Below, piece after piece: positions 20,142 to 30,597 of a DNA stretch of 64,000 nucleotides (positions within the stretch are counted from its first letter, which is position 1; every line of letters starts with the position of its first letter). The stretch comes from a bacterium (GTDB lineage: Bacteria > SAR324 > XYD2-FULL-50-16 > G965216635). A program made the translations under genes and the position numbers. The notes under the pieces were generated by a model, which did not search any database, had not been told where the DNA came from, and worked only from the letters and a program-made list of their open reading frames with translations. The stretch is from the NCBI GenBank assembly GCA_965216635.1, contig OZ244188.1, forward strand, positions 1,504,001 through 1,568,000, written 5' to 3'.

Positions 20142-21303
20142 TCAATACCTCTTGAATTAATTCTCGCATTATTTTCAACCTAATATCTATCTTTTGTCTA
20201 CCACTTGTACCTGATGTAATAGCATCTACAAAATCGCTACTTTCTTCTTGCAGTAGTTGTATGAATTTTTCTTTAAAACTTTCTTTTTTGTTTAAGAACT
20301 TATCTTTATCTTGATTTTCAATTTCACTAAAAGAAGTCGTTAAAGCATCAAATAAAGCCTGATTAAGTAAGTTAGGTTTTTCTTTATTGGCAATAGAACG
20401 GCTAAAATGGTGTTTTTCACCTAATACGGATTCAGAAAATTCTAAAGTTTCTAATAGTTTTTTTTTAAGAACATTCAATACATCTTTATTTTTGATAGAA
20501 TCTAATTGCTCCATTGCTTCATCTAAAATTCTACCCATACTGTGAAATTCTTGATAGTCTTTAATAAGCTGGAAGGCGATAAATCTTAACGCCAATTCTC
20601 TATCCTGCATTCTTTTATTAGGAAATCCAACTATTCTTGTAAAGATTTGATCTTCACATACTTCTTTCAAAAATTTCACTCCTTCGCCTTCTTGATTAAG
20701 TGCTTGGCGTGTTTCCTGTGCGTTTAATGTTATCCCACCAGTATTGATACGGTTAAAAATAGAATATCTCACTTTCTTCGGAGTTTGTGCTTCCATTTGA
20801 TAGATGATTAGTACTGTTTCGTCTATGGTTCTTTGAAATCTCCGCTCCAAATCATTATAGTTTTTTCCTTTTAAATCTATTAGAAATTCTAACCCAGTTA
20901 ATTTTAGTGCTTTATCTACAAAAAATTTTTGAATGGTAGATATTCTTTGCAACCCGTCAATGATAGCCCACTTATCAGGATTACTCACATCAAAATAAAA
21001 AACAGGTAGTGGTAGTTTTAATAAAATAGATTCTATCAAACGACTCATTTGACGGTGACTCCATAAATCTTTATTTCTTTGATATTCAGGGGCAATGATT
21101 TTCTTATGCTTGATTCTATTAATTAAAGGAGGTAGAAGAATAGTGCTATTTGTGATTTTAATATCTTTTGTTGAAAAAGGATCAATAAGATCACCAACAG
21201 CGGTTTTTTCTTCTTCTGATTCTTCGTCTAGTTCTGTATCTATTTCTATTTCTTCTCTTTGCATTATTTCAAAATTTAGATAATTGTACCTTATAGTATA
21301 CAA
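20131..21303 (-). CDS. DUF262 (ParB/Srx-like) protein
   Basis: PEYQR..W, LIESIL..LP, IIDGLQR and IFNRINTGG motifs. Start may be the ATG at 21264. Confidence 0.9.
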   Translation of the reverse strand: MYTIRYNYLNFEIMQREEIEIDTELDEESEEEKTAVGDLIDPFSTKDIKITNSTILLPPLINRIKHKKIIAPEYQRNKDLWSHRQMSRLIESILLKLPLPVFYFDVSNPDKWAIIDGLQRISTIQKFFVDKALKLTGLEFLIDLKGKNYNDLERRFQRTIDETVLIIYQMEAQTPKKVRYSIFNRINTGGITLNAQETRQALNQEGEGVKFLKEVCEDQIFTRIVGFPNKRMQDRELALRFIAFQLIKDYQEFHSMGRILDEAMEQLDSIKNKDVLNVLKKKLLETLEFSESVLGEKHHFSRSIANKEKPNLLNQALFDALTTSFSEIENQDKDKFLNKKESFKEKFIQLLQEESSDFVDAITSGTSGRQKIDIRLKIMRELIQEVLNEN

Positions 21304-21362
21304 ATTTTTATATTAAAAAGCAAAAATATTCAACAAGCTAAAAAACTAAAACTAGTGTGAGA

Positions 21363-21950
21363 TTAGTCTATTTTAAAGATTTGAGTTTTTTCTAATGCAG
21401 GGTATTTCTGCTGAATTGTCTGTTTCACCTTTTTGGCTTCGTTGAGATTATAAGAGCCTACACGAACACGGTAATAGGTTTTGCCGTTAAGTTGGGTAGT
21501 AGAAATATAGGCTGGAAAAAAAGCATCTTTTAATTTCTTTTGCAGTTTTTCTGCTAGGGTTTTATTGCCGTAGGCTATCAGTTGAACTACATATTTATTT
21601 TCCGATAATAGGTTTGCATTTTGTTGAATATTTTCTTTATCAGTTTTAGAGGATACTTTCTTATCTTCTTTTTTTTCTGCTACTTTGTCTTCTTTTTTTT
21701 CTGCTACTTTGTCTTCTTTTTGAGAGAGGGATTTTTGCTTTGAAAGAAGACTTTCTGAGTCATCAATAAATTCCTTGACTTGAAGTTGTTGCTCTTTTAG
21801 CGGATTAGTCTCTATTCTTGTGCCAATTGGTTGATTCTTTCCTTGAATAAATCCTAAAAAAAAGATGGCGGAAAAAGAAACAAGGGAAAAAAAAATAAAA
21901 ACAATAAATTCTTTCCAACCAAATTCTAGTTGAAATCTACTTTCTTCCAT
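21363..21950 (-). CDS. SPOR-domain cell division protein
   Basis: N-terminal TM segment, then YVVQL.A...YYRVRVG. Confidence 0.88.
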   Translation of the reverse strand: MEESRFQLEFGWKEFIVFIFFSLVSFSAIFFLGFIQGKNQPIGTRIETNPLKEQQLQVKEFIDDSESLLSKQKSLSQKEDKVAEKKEDKVAEKKEDKKVSSKTDKENIQQNANLLSENKYVVQLIAYGNKTLAEKLQKKLKDAFFPAYISTTQLNGKTYYRVRVGSYNLNEAKKVKQTIQQKYPALEKTQIFKID

Positions 21951-22017
21951 AGGACTATGTATATTTAGATTAAGTCAATGGTAAAACAAAGATTATGCCT
22001 AATTAAAAAGAAATATA

Positions 22018-23808
22018 CTAATGTAAAAAATGTCTAATTCCCGTCTCTACCATCGCCATATTCTTTTTATCGCACAATTGAACGATAGAGGAATCCATTC
22101 TGGATCCTGCTGGTTGCACCAGATGGCTGATTTTGTAATAGTCTGCGGCTTCTACTATATCTGGGAAAGGGAAAAAAGCATCGGATATTAAAAGGACTCC
22201 TTGTAGTTGTTTGAGATACCAGTTTTCATAACTTTCTTGGGTTTGTAAATTTTTGTATTCTCGTTCAAGATTTTCTTGCATTTTTGGCACTGCAAGTTTT
22301 ACTAGAGCATCAATACGGTTCGGTTGTCCGAAGCCTGCTCCTAAAAGTTGATAACAAGAAGGAGTGTATTCTCTTACTAGAGAAATTGCATTAGATTTAG
22401 AATTTTTACAACACATAATCCCAAAATGAACTAATGGATAAAGCGATTTTGGGAATTTTTTTTTTGTTTTGCAAATAAATTTTTTTTCTAATATATTATC
22501 TTTTTCTTGCTCTAAAACCACACCATCTAAAGAAAAAAGAGATCTTGCTGATTTTTTGTTTTGCCGCAAAAGTTGCTCAATTATTGGATATTTTAACAAA
22601 ATCGCTTGACTGTGATTTTTTAAAAGTTCTAAAGCCTTAGGTTCATAATCGGGAGCTATAAGAATTTCAAAAAATTTCTTTTTTACTTTTTGAGGTAAAT
22701 ATTTTTCTACTTGCCAACTGAAATTATAGTGCAAAATTTCCGGGCTTACCAAAAATTTCGCAAAATCTAAATTTACTTTTTTGTTGTGGGCTATGATGGA
22801 ACCAAAAGCAGAGACAGCATCTCCTTCCCATGCTTTTTGAATAGATTCTTGGGGTTGTTTGCCACTAGCTAACCCACAAGGGTTGTTGTGTTTGATAATA
22901 CTGGTAAGATAGGGAGCAGATTTTTGGGTTACAAATCCTGTGATTACTCGGATAGCAGATTGGATATCTAGGTAGTTATTGTAAGAGAGTGCTTTGCCTT
23001 GCAAAACTTCTAGCTGGGCTAATCCTTTTTTTTTTGTGGAGGATAAAGAATAAAGCCAGCCTTTTTGGTGTGGATTTTCTCCGTAGCGTAGCTTTTTTTT
23101 ATTTGTTAAAAAAATATACTTTTTCTTGTCTTTAGAAAGATAATTTGCAATTAACAGATCTAGATTTGCACATAGTTCAAAAGCCTTTGCCGCTAATTTT
23201 TTTCTCTCTGCGAGAGGTATCTCTTTTTTTTTCTGCCAAATTTGAGCTATTTTAGTATAGTCTGCAGAGTCGCAGATAGGTAGCACAAAAGGATAATTTT
23301 TAGCTGCAGCACGTAACATTGTAGGTCCTCCTATATCAATCCATTCTAGCATTTCTATGGGATGTTTTTTTGTTTTTAAGGCACTCTCAAAAGGATAAAA
23401 ATTAACGACTACCATATCTATAACTTCTATCTTTAAACTGCGAACAGAAGCCTCATCTTCTTGGGAGCGGCGAGAGAGAATTGCAGCGTAAATTTTGGAG
23501 TGTAAAGTTTTAACTCTACCGTCTAAAATTTCTTCTGTCCTTGTAAATTGGGATACAGCTGTGCAGTTGATTCCAGCCTTTTCTAAATATTGCTTTGTCC
23601 CTGCTGTGCTAATAAAATCAAAATCTTGACTCATCTGCTTTGCAAAATCCAAGATACCTGTTTTGTTAGAAAGGCTTACCAGTGCTTTTTTTCTGGTAGT
23701 CGTTATTTGGGCAGTCGTTTTTCTGGTAGTCGTTATTTGGGCAGTCGTTTTTCTGGTAGTCGTTATTTGGGCAGTCGTTTTTCTGGCAGTCGTTTTTTGG
23801 GGGGACAT
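22018..23808 (-). CDS. purH: Bifunctional AICAR transformylase/IMP cyclohydrolase
   Basis: GRVKTLH, IDIGGP, LRYGENPHQ, KHNNPCG, SDAFFPF and RHFLH motifs. Repeat-derived N-terminal extension. Confidence 0.95.
   Translation of the reverse strand: MSPQKTTARKTTAQITTTRKTTAQITTTRKTTAQITTTRKKALVSLSNKTGILDFAKQMSQDFDFISTAGTKQYLEKAGINCTAVSQFTRTEEILDGRVKTLHSKIYAAILSRRSQEDEASVRSLKIEVIDMVVVNFYPFESALKTKKHPIEMLEWIDIGGPTMLRAAAKNYPFVLPICDSADYTKIAQIWQKKKEIPLAERKKLAAKAFELCANLDLLIANYLSKDKKKYIFLTNKKKLRYGENPHQKGWLYSLSSTKKKGLAQLEVLQGKALSYNNYLDIQSAIRVITGFVTQKSAPYLTSIIKHNNPCGLASGKQPQESIQKAWEGDAVSAFGSIIAHNKKVNLDFAKFLVSPEILHYNFSWQVEKYLPQKVKKKFFEILIAPDYEPKALELLKNHSQAILLKYPIIEQLLRQNKKSARSLFSLDGVVLEQEKDNILEKKFICKTKKKFPKSLYPLVHFGIMCCKNSKSNAISLVREYTPSCYQLLGAGFGQPNRIDALVKLAVPKMQENLEREYKNLQTQESYENWYLKQLQGVLLISDAFFPFPDIVEAADYYKISHLVQPAGSRMDSSIVQLCDKKNMAMVETGIRHFLH
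23687..23800. repeat. 30-bp tandem repeat (two related 15-bp halves) in the purH 5' end
   Basis: TTTTCTGGTAGTCGTTATTTGGGCAGTCGT x3 plus a partial unit. Confidence 0.95.
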
Positions 23809-25176
23809 TTAAGAATATCTTTGTAAAGCAACATGCTTTTTTCTTTTCTGGCTACTAAAAAATTCAGAAGTATTTCGTGCAACTAGCTCGTATAGATAGG
23901 CTTTTTTTCCTTCCTTTTTTCTTAAAATTCTACCCAATCTTTGCACCTGTTCTCGCACGGTGCTATTGCCAGAAAAAATAATAGCAATACTAGCCAAAGG
24001 AACATCTATTCCTTCGTTGAGAACGCGAGTGCTAATAAGGATATTCCATTTTCCGCTATGAAAATTTTCTAAAATTTTTTTTCTCTCACTGGTTTTAATT
24101 TCGTGCGTAATGGTAGGCAGTAGTAATTTGTTGCTTAAAAAATAGGCAGTCTTGTTGTCATTGGTGAAAATTAAAGTTCTTTCTTTTTTATGGCAGTAGA
24201 GGATTTTAATCAGCTCTATAAATTTATTTTCTGCAGTTAAAGCTGTTTGTTTTTGAATATCAAAACTCTTTAAAGCTTGTCTTCCTTTATGACTTCTGGA
24301 GCAGTGAAAAACAAAATCTTGCCAACTCTGGTTAAAGCCTACAACCCCTTTTTTAAAATCCAAGTATCTTTTTCTGTGCTCATCGTATTTTATTCTTTCT
24401 TTTGGATTCAGTTCTACATAAATGGTTTTGATTTTGTAATCAGAAAGAAAATTTCCCGATAGTTCTCTAATATCTTTTTCATAAACTATATCTCCTAAAA
24501 TATCTCTCACTATTTCTAAACGATATTCTTCTTCATCGGGGGTTGCCGTTAATCCCAATCTATAAGGTGCAATATAGGATTTTGCCATTTGCGAGTAGCT
24601 TTCAGAACCTAGATGGTGGCATTCGTCAAATACAATTAAACAAAAAGCATTGCCCAATTTTTCGTGATAGATCCTAGCAGAGTCGTAAGTGGATACTGTG
24701 ATTGCTTCTATTTCTTTACTACCCCCTCCTAGCATTCCTATTTTGCAAGATAAATATTGGGATAAATTTTTATGCCACTGAATGAGTAACTCTATAGTCG
24801 GCACAAGCACCAAAGTAGAGCGATTGATTCTTTCCATAATCATTGCAGCCAGAATGCTTTTACCAGAACCTGTAGGTAGGACAAGAACCCCCCTTTTTTT
24901 TTCGCTCCATTTTAGCATTGCTTCTTTTTGATAGCTGTAGCTTTCAAAAGGTAAGGTTAGTTTTAAAGACAATTTTTGGTAGGTTTTGATGTTATCTTTA
25001 TAATCTAGATTTTTCTGTAGTGCTAAAATTAAATCCTTATAATAATAGCCGAAACAACGGTAAGATTGAGTTCTTAAATCGTAATTGAGCCAGCTAAACC
25101 GCTCTAAGAAAGGATGTTTTTCTTTTGTATGGATTAGAATATTTCCTTTTTCAAACTTGAGGTTTAATTTTTCCAT
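23809..25176 (-). CDS. SF2 helicase, XPB/Ssl2-like
   Basis: PTGSGKS, DECH, LTAT, NEGID and QRLGRILR motifs. Confidence 0.9.
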   Translation of the reverse strand: MEKLNLKFEKGNILIHTKEKHPFLERFSWLNYDLRTQSYRCFGYYYKDLILALQKNLDYKDNIKTYQKLSLKLTLPFESYSYQKEAMLKWSEKKRGVLVLPTGSGKSILAAMIMERINRSTLVLVPTIELLIQWHKNLSQYLSCKIGMLGGGSKEIEAITVSTYDSARIYHEKLGNAFCLIVFDECHHLGSESYSQMAKSYIAPYRLGLTATPDEEEYRLEIVRDILGDIVYEKDIRELSGNFLSDYKIKTIYVELNPKERIKYDEHRKRYLDFKKGVVGFNQSWQDFVFHCSRSHKGRQALKSFDIQKQTALTAENKFIELIKILYCHKKERTLIFTNDNKTAYFLSNKLLLPTITHEIKTSERKKILENFHSGKWNILISTRVLNEGIDVPLASIAIIFSGNSTVREQVQRLGRILRKKEGKKAYLYELVARNTSEFFSSQKRKKHVALQRYS

Positions 25177-26090
25177 TTATTTTTATTTTCACAATTCCAA
25201 GCATTCAATCTTTTTGATGATGTTTTACAATAGTCTTTAGAAATATCAATACCTAAGTAGCGTCTGTTATTTTTTTTTGCTACCACACAGGTAGTGCCAA
25301 CTCCATTAAAAGGATCTAGTATTAAGTCATTCTTAAAACTAAACAATAAAATCACTCTCCTTGCCAATTCCTCAGGAAACATAGCAGGATGTCCGTATTC
25401 TTTCATTTTTCTTTCAGGGGCTATTGACCACTTCCCATAGACCCATTTTTTAAAATCATCTCCTAGTATATCTGCGTTTTCATTATTCCCTTCTTTTTTT
25501 AAATTCCCCTTACAAAATACCTCTACAAACTCCCAAGAATATTTTAAGTAAGGACTGCTAGGACTTTTCCAACTACCCCAAGCAGTGTATTTACAATTAT
25601 AATTATTTTTTTCCCAAATAATTTCACCTTTCCATATTAAGCCCGCATCCATTAAATATTTACTTATTATATGATGTGCTGGAATATAGTCGGAATACAA
25701 AGGCTGAATATTTATCACTAACCTACCGCCATAATTTAGAACCCTTACACACTCTTTAAGAATGTTATGCAGAGTATCAAAATATTCTTTCCAATGTTTT
25801 GCATCTGTTGAATCGTTGGAATAGTCCAATCCAAAATTATAAGGGGGTGAGGTAAAGACTAAATCAATGCAATTGTCTGGAAGCATTTGCAATGTTTTAA
25901 GGCTATCTTCGCAAACAATTTGATTTTCGTATTTTTTAGGTAGAGGGTTATTTTCAACAGAAAAATCATGTCCATTGACATAAAAAAATTTTTCTCTGTT
26001 TTTTTCTTTTTGTTTTCTACCTATTACCTTTCTTTCTTTGTTTAAATCTTTATGCGATAGAAAAGGAATTCTGCTAGGAGTGATACTCAT
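25164..26090 (-). CDS. Site-specific DNA methyltransferase (SPPY; N4-C/N6-A), no intact cognate endonuclease adjacent
   Basis: FTSPPYN, HPAMFP and ILDPFNGVGTT motifs. Confidence 0.92.
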   Translation of the reverse strand: MSITPSRIPFLSHKDLNKERKVIGRKQKEKNREKFFYVNGHDFSVENNPLPKKYENQIVCEDSLKTLQMLPDNCIDLVFTSPPYNFGLDYSNDSTDAKHWKEYFDTLHNILKECVRVLNYGGRLVINIQPLYSDYIPAHHIISKYLMDAGLIWKGEIIWEKNNYNCKYTAWGSWKSPSSPYLKYSWEFVEVFCKGNLKKEGNNENADILGDDFKKWVYGKWSIAPERKMKEYGHPAMFPEELARRVILLFSFKNDLILDPFNGVGTTCVVAKKNNRRYLGIDISKDYCKTSSKRLNAWNCENKNKWKN

Positions 26091-26252
26091 TTTTATAATT
26101 TTTTATTTCTCAAAATACTCCAGTATTCCTCTTGGGTAAAAAACTTTCGCTCCTTGTCTAGCTTTCCCATAATGCTAAAGTTCAAAGGTCTCTTTATGCG
26201 ATGGAAAAGGGATTCTGCTAGGAGTGATACTCATTTTTATAGTTTTTTATTT
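26047..26252. repeat. 62-bp direct repeat pair 26047-26108 / 26191-26252 covering the MTase start
   Basis: TCTTTATGCGAT(A/G)GAAAAGG(A/G)ATTCTGCTAGGAGTGATACTCATTTTTATA... occurs twice. Confidence 0.9.
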
Positions 26253-26364
26253 TTGTTAGTAAAAATGGACAGACTAAAGTATCATTTTACAATTTTCTCG
26301 TTCAATTAAAACTAAATTCATTAATCTATTTTTGCAAAATATTTTTAAAAAGTATAGTCTTTAA

Positions 26365-26745
26365 AAGAGTCGTCTAAGGAAATCGCTTGTTTTTTTTAAA
26401 AGAAACAAGAGGAAAGTCCGAGCTGCACAGAGAAGGATGCTGGATAACTTCCAGTGAGAGTGATCTTAAGGAAAGTGCCACAGAAAATATACCGCCGATG
26501 GTTTTGTAAAAAACACAGGTAAGGGTGAAATGGTGGGGAGTTACTCTTAATGTAAGAGCCCACCGCAAAAATGGTGACATTTTTGGCAGGGTAAACCCCA
26601 TCTGCAGCAAGTTCTAACATTTTGTGATAATGGTTTCTCGCTTAACAAAAGGGTTGAACGCAGGAGTTTAGGGGTAACTCTAAACCTAGATAAATGATTT
26701 CCCTCTATTAATTAGAGACAGAACTCGGCTTAACAGGCGACTCTT
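26365..26745 (+). ncRNA. rnpB: RNase P RNA (class A)
   Basis: GAGGAAAGTCC, AGTGCCACAGAAA, GGGTAAACCCC and ACAGAACTCGGCTTA motifs. P1 helix AAGAGTCGTCT/AGGCGACTCTT. Confidence 0.96.
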
Positions 26746-27348
26746 CTACCTTAAAATAGTTTTCAAATATAACTCCAATCCGTCTAAAAAAAGTTGCACT
26801 GCGATAATAATAAGCAACATACCCATCAGTTTTTCTAGGGCTTGCAGCCCGCTTTTGCCGAAAATTTTAACCAATAAAGGTGCAAATATTAATACCAAGC
26901 TAACTCCTAGCCAAGCAAGGAATAAGGCAACAGTCCATTCCCAAATAAGAGCAGGCTTAGAAGAACTAACCAGTAAAAGAAAAGCTACTGCTGAAGGACC
27001 CGCAATAAGAGGTGTTGCTAGAGGTACAATGAAAAGACCTTTTTCTTCCGAGTAATCTCCTAAAATGGGCTGATAAAAAATAACTTTTAAGGCGATTAAA
27101 AAAAGAATGATAGCTCCCGATAAACTAAAAGCTGCTGGGCTAAGTCCTAAAAAATTTAAAAATTGAGTGCCAGCATACAGAAAGGTTAACAAAATAAGAA
27201 GCGCAAAAATTAACTCACGGAATATAATTTTGCTTTGATTTTTAGGAGACTGTTTTTTGAGTATGGCGGTAAATATAGGCAGATTGCCTATAGGATCCAT
27301 AATAAAAAAAAGCGTAGCAGTAGCTTGGAAAATTTCTTGCCAATCCAT
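26746..27348 (-). CDS. MarC family membrane protein
   Basis: MDPIGNLP, IVPLATPLIAGP and EKLMGMLL motifs. Confidence 0.92.
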   Translation of the reverse strand: MDWQEIFQATATLFFIMDPIGNLPIFTAILKKQSPKNQSKIIFRELIFALLILLTFLYAGTQFLNFLGLSPAAFSLSGAIILFLIALKVIFYQPILGDYSEEKGLFIVPLATPLIAGPSAVAFLLLVSSSKPALIWEWTVALFLAWLGVSLVLIFAPLLVKIFGKSGLQALEKLMGMLLIIIAVQLFLDGLELYLKTILR

Positions 27349-27368
27349 AGGTTAGATTTCTTTTTGGT

Positions 27369-28628
27369 TTATTTTTTGTAGCTTTTAATTTCTTTTACAA
27401 TTTCTTTTAAATCTGCTTTTACCCATTCGTGATTGTTTTCAAATTTATTGTGTATATGCTTTTCAATCTGTCTAAAAAATGGAGTTTCAAAATTAAATTC
27501 CATTTTATATTCTCTATTAGGGTCTGAAGTTTGAAATTGGTTCAATCTTGCCTCCCAATCTTTAGCTACACCTACTTTATACTCATTAGGATAGCTAGGA
27601 TTAGAAATAACATATACAAATTTTTTATCCGTAATGTCTTCGTTTCTGTCTGTCCTTTTCGGAGGTTCTGTAAAAAAACTAACTTCTTTTTCAGGGTCAA
27701 ATAAATTCCTTTTTATTTCTTTTTTTAGTCTGGTTTTCACTAAATTATACGCTTCAATAGATACATCAATGCCTACCCATTTTCTATCTAGTTGTTCTGC
27801 TGATATACAAGTAGTGGCACAGCCGCAAAAAGGATCTAGCACTACATCTCCTTCGTTTGTACTTGCTTGTATAATTCTATGTATTAAAGCAATAGGTTTT
27901 TGTGTAGGGTAGCCTACATATTCCTTTGCATTGCCTTTGAGTGGTGGTATATATATCCAACTTTCTGGAAATTTGCCTTTACTATCTAATTTCACTTTTC
28001 CTGAAGCCACTTTAGAAGTATTAGCCGTATAGCCATCTCTACTTATACTTGACTTTGCATATTTTTGTCTGATTCTATCTGCTACAAAAGTCCATTGCTT
28101 CCCTTTAGAATACCAAAAAATTATATCGTGCACTCTGGAGAGTTGTTTTTGTTTAGGAGCTGATGGTCTGCTATAACACCAAATAATTTCATTTCTAAAA
28201 TTTTTTTCCCCAAAGACAATATCTAAAAGTAGTTTAAGATAGTGACTCATTGTAGGGTCGCAGTGTAAATAACAACTTCCTGTGTTTTTAAGAATGCGGT
28301 ATATTTCAATCAATCTAATCGCCATATAACATAAATAACAATAATTAGATTTATGTCCTATATTTTTTATTCCATTAAGAAAGTCAAATAGCTTTTCGTT
28401 ATCTTCTTTAATAGTTTCTAGCCACTCATCTTTTATATCTTCCTCTTTAAAAATATCTTTAAAACTAGCGCCTTTTGAGCTGCTTTTTATAGGTGATGTG
28501 AAAACTTTATTTTTATTAAAGGGTGGGTCAAGGTAAATTAGGTCAATGGAGTTACTATCTATCCCTTGCATTATGTCTAGATTATCGCTACAAAAGATAG
28601 TCCTATTTTTTAAAGTAGATTGTAGCAT
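27369..28628 (-). CDS. Amino-DNA methyltransferase-GIY-YIG/T5orf172 fusion, paralog 2
   Basis: Same architecture as 11888-13189, with a different central (TRD) segment. Confidence 0.88.
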   Translation of the reverse strand: MLQSTLKNRTIFCSDNLDIMQGIDSNSIDLIYLDPPFNKNKVFTSPIKSSSKGASFKDIFKEEDIKDEWLETIKEDNEKLFDFLNGIKNIGHKSNYCYLCYMAIRLIEIYRILKNTGSCYLHCDPTMSHYLKLLLDIVFGEKNFRNEIIWCYSRPSAPKQKQLSRVHDIIFWYSKGKQWTFVADRIRQKYAKSSISRDGYTANTSKVASGKVKLDSKGKFPESWIYIPPLKGNAKEYVGYPTQKPIALIHRIIQASTNEGDVVLDPFCGCATTCISAEQLDRKWVGIDVSIEAYNLVKTRLKKEIKRNLFDPEKEVSFFTEPPKRTDRNEDITDKKFVYVISNPSYPNEYKVGVAKDWEARLNQFQTSDPNREYKMEFNFETPFFRQIEKHIHNKFENNHEWVKADLKEIVKEIKSYKK

Positions 28629-28687
28629 TTGTTTTATTCTTTAAATAGTTTCAATTTTTAGCGAACAGGAAGACAGAATATTATTGA

Positions 28688-28818
28688 ATAGACCTTTGAA
28701 TTTGCTTATCTAGTTTAGCCAAAGCAAACGTTGAAAAAAATTTTTTCGCACCTGTTCTAACCATTTGGCTAGCCTTCGCAGCTGGTTTTGTCCTATTTGG
28801 CGAAATTCAAAGCTCTAT
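28688..28818. mobile_element. MITE-like element, short copy in inverted orientation
   Basis: Ends ATAGACCTTTGAATTT / AAATTCAAAGCTCTAT. Contains the reverse complement of GGCTAGCCAAATGGTTAGAACAGGTGC from copy 2. Confidence 0.82.
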
Positions 28819-28848
28819 TAAATTAAATTTTGTCTAATACTTACTGTA

Positions 28849-30222
28849 TCAGCACTCAATTACATTCGTAGCCAATCCCCCTTTAGAAGTCTCCTTATAC
28901 TGCGTTTTCATATCCTCCCCAGTGGCTTTCATAGTTTTGATAACCTTGTCTAAAGATACAATTCCTCTATCTTTTTGGTTCAAGGCGAGCAGACAAGCGT
29001 TGATAGCCTTAATGGTTCCCATTGTATTTCTTTCAATACAAGGGATTTGCACAAGCCCCATAATAGGATCGCAAGTAAGCCCCAAATTGTGTTCCATCCC
29101 AATTTCAGCTGCATTTTCTATTTGCTCCGCTGAACCATCTTGTAAAGCAGTAAGCCCTCCCGCAGCCATAGAGCAAGCAACTCCTATTTCTCCTTGACAA
29201 CCCATTTCTGCTCCAGAAATAGAAGCGTTATTTTTATAGAGACTTCCGATAGCAGCTGAAGTTAGAAAATATTTTTTAAGATCCTCACTGCTCGGGTCAC
29301 GGTAGAATTTTTGGAAATAGTGCAAAACAGCAGGTACAATTCCAGCAGCTCCATTAGTAGGGGCAGTGACTACATTAGAGCCAGCGGCATTTTCTTCATT
29401 GACAGCAAGCGCAAATAAGCTCGCCCACTGCATACCAGAATTTTGGTCTATCTTTTTGGTTGCGATAAGTTTTTTATAGAGCTCAACCGCTCTTCTTTTC
29501 ACTTTTAAATTACCGGGCAAGACTCCTTCTGTGCTGCAGCCAGCCGACACACATTTTTTCATAGCCTGCCAAATTTTAGCTAAACCTTCGTTTATTTCTT
29601 GGTCGCTGCGAAAAACTCTTTCATTTTCCAAAATAATATCTGCGATGGAGCAGTTTTGCGTTTTAGAATATTGCAACAATTTTTCTGCACTCAAAAAAGG
29701 ATAAGGCACTTCTCTTTCTTCGGCAGTATTTATGAGTTCGCCTTTTTCATTAAGCTGAGTATCTTCTACAACAAAACCTCCTCCTATGGAATAGTAGGTT
29801 TTCTCTAATAAAGTTTGAGTATTACCATCCAAAGCCTTAAAAACAACAGCATTGGAATGAAAAGGTTTTTGTTCGTCTTTGTAAATTAACTGCTCCCCTT
29901 CTTTTAAAGGAACTGTTTTTTCACCCAGCAATCTTAAAGTAGTATTCTTATAAATTTGCTCCACTCGGGATTCCATCTGAGTCGCTTCAATAGTTTCGGG
30001 ATGCTCGCCTTCTAGCCCTAATAAAATTGCTTTATCCGTACCATGACCCTTGCCAGTATCAGATAAAGAGCCATAAAGTTCTATTTGGATAGAATGAGTT
30101 TGTTCCCAAACATTTTCCCTTACCAATTTGGCAAAAGACTGTGCCGCTTTCATAGGACCTACTGTATGAGAACTGGAAGGACCTATGCCTATGGAAAAAA
30201 GATCAAAAATACTTACAAACAT
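28849..30222 (-). CDS. sdaA: L-serine ammonia-lyase (Fe-S, single chain)
   Basis: [27 protein letters not shown] and [17 protein letters not shown] motifs. Confidence 0.96.
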   Translation of the reverse strand: MFVSIFDLFSIGIGPSSSHTVGPMKAAQSFAKLVRENVWEQTHSIQIELYGSLSDTGKGHGTDKAILLGLEGEHPETIEATQMESRVEQIYKNTTLRLLGEKTVPLKEGEQLIYKDEQKPFHSNAVVFKALDGNTQTLLEKTYYSIGGGFVVEDTQLNEKGELINTAEEREVPYPFLSAEKLLQYSKTQNCSIADIILENERVFRSDQEINEGLAKIWQAMKKCVSAGCSTEGVLPGNLKVKRRAVELYKKLIATKKIDQNSGMQWASLFALAVNEENAAGSNVVTAPTNGAAGIVPAVLHYFQKFYRDPSSEDLKKYFLTSAAIGSLYKNNASISGAEMGCQGEIGVACSMAAGGLTALQDGSAEQIENAAEIGMEHNLGLTCDPIMGLVQIPCIERNTMGTIKAINACLLALNQKDRGIVSLDKVIKTMKATGEDMKTQYKETSKGGLATNVIEC

Positions 30223-30597
30223 AGTTTGTTTATTGTTGTGTGGCAAAATTTTACTTTGGTAACTAATAACTACATTCTACAATAATATCAACCACTCTGC
30301 AATGAGAAAGCTGAACGGAGTCCAAGAAAAAATAAAAAGATGCCAATAGCCAATAAATAGCTTGACAAAAAATGATTTTTTTGCGATTCTTCTATAAAGA
30401 ATAAGCAGAAACACCAAAAACAAATAAAATTCTTTTTTTTATTTGCTTTTAAAGTGTTTTTCTGCAATTATTCTTTATAAAGAATGAGCAGAAAAAATAA
30501 AAAACTGCCAACAACCAATAGTTTGCTATTATTGTTTTTTTCTGCAATCCTTTATGAAGTTTTGTTATTTAACCTAATTTTAATTATTTACACGATT

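Noticed and set aside
17899..21360. tRNA-integrated genomic island
   Set aside because: The operon lies on the tRNA 5' side. No duplicated tRNA end and no integrase.
26374..26620. Two short minus-strand ORFs
   Set aside because: They are antisense to rnpB and spurious.
30250..30597. Replication origin at the strand-switch point
   Set aside because: No DnaA-box cluster (TTATCCACA) and no dnaA/gidA context. Skew could not be computed.
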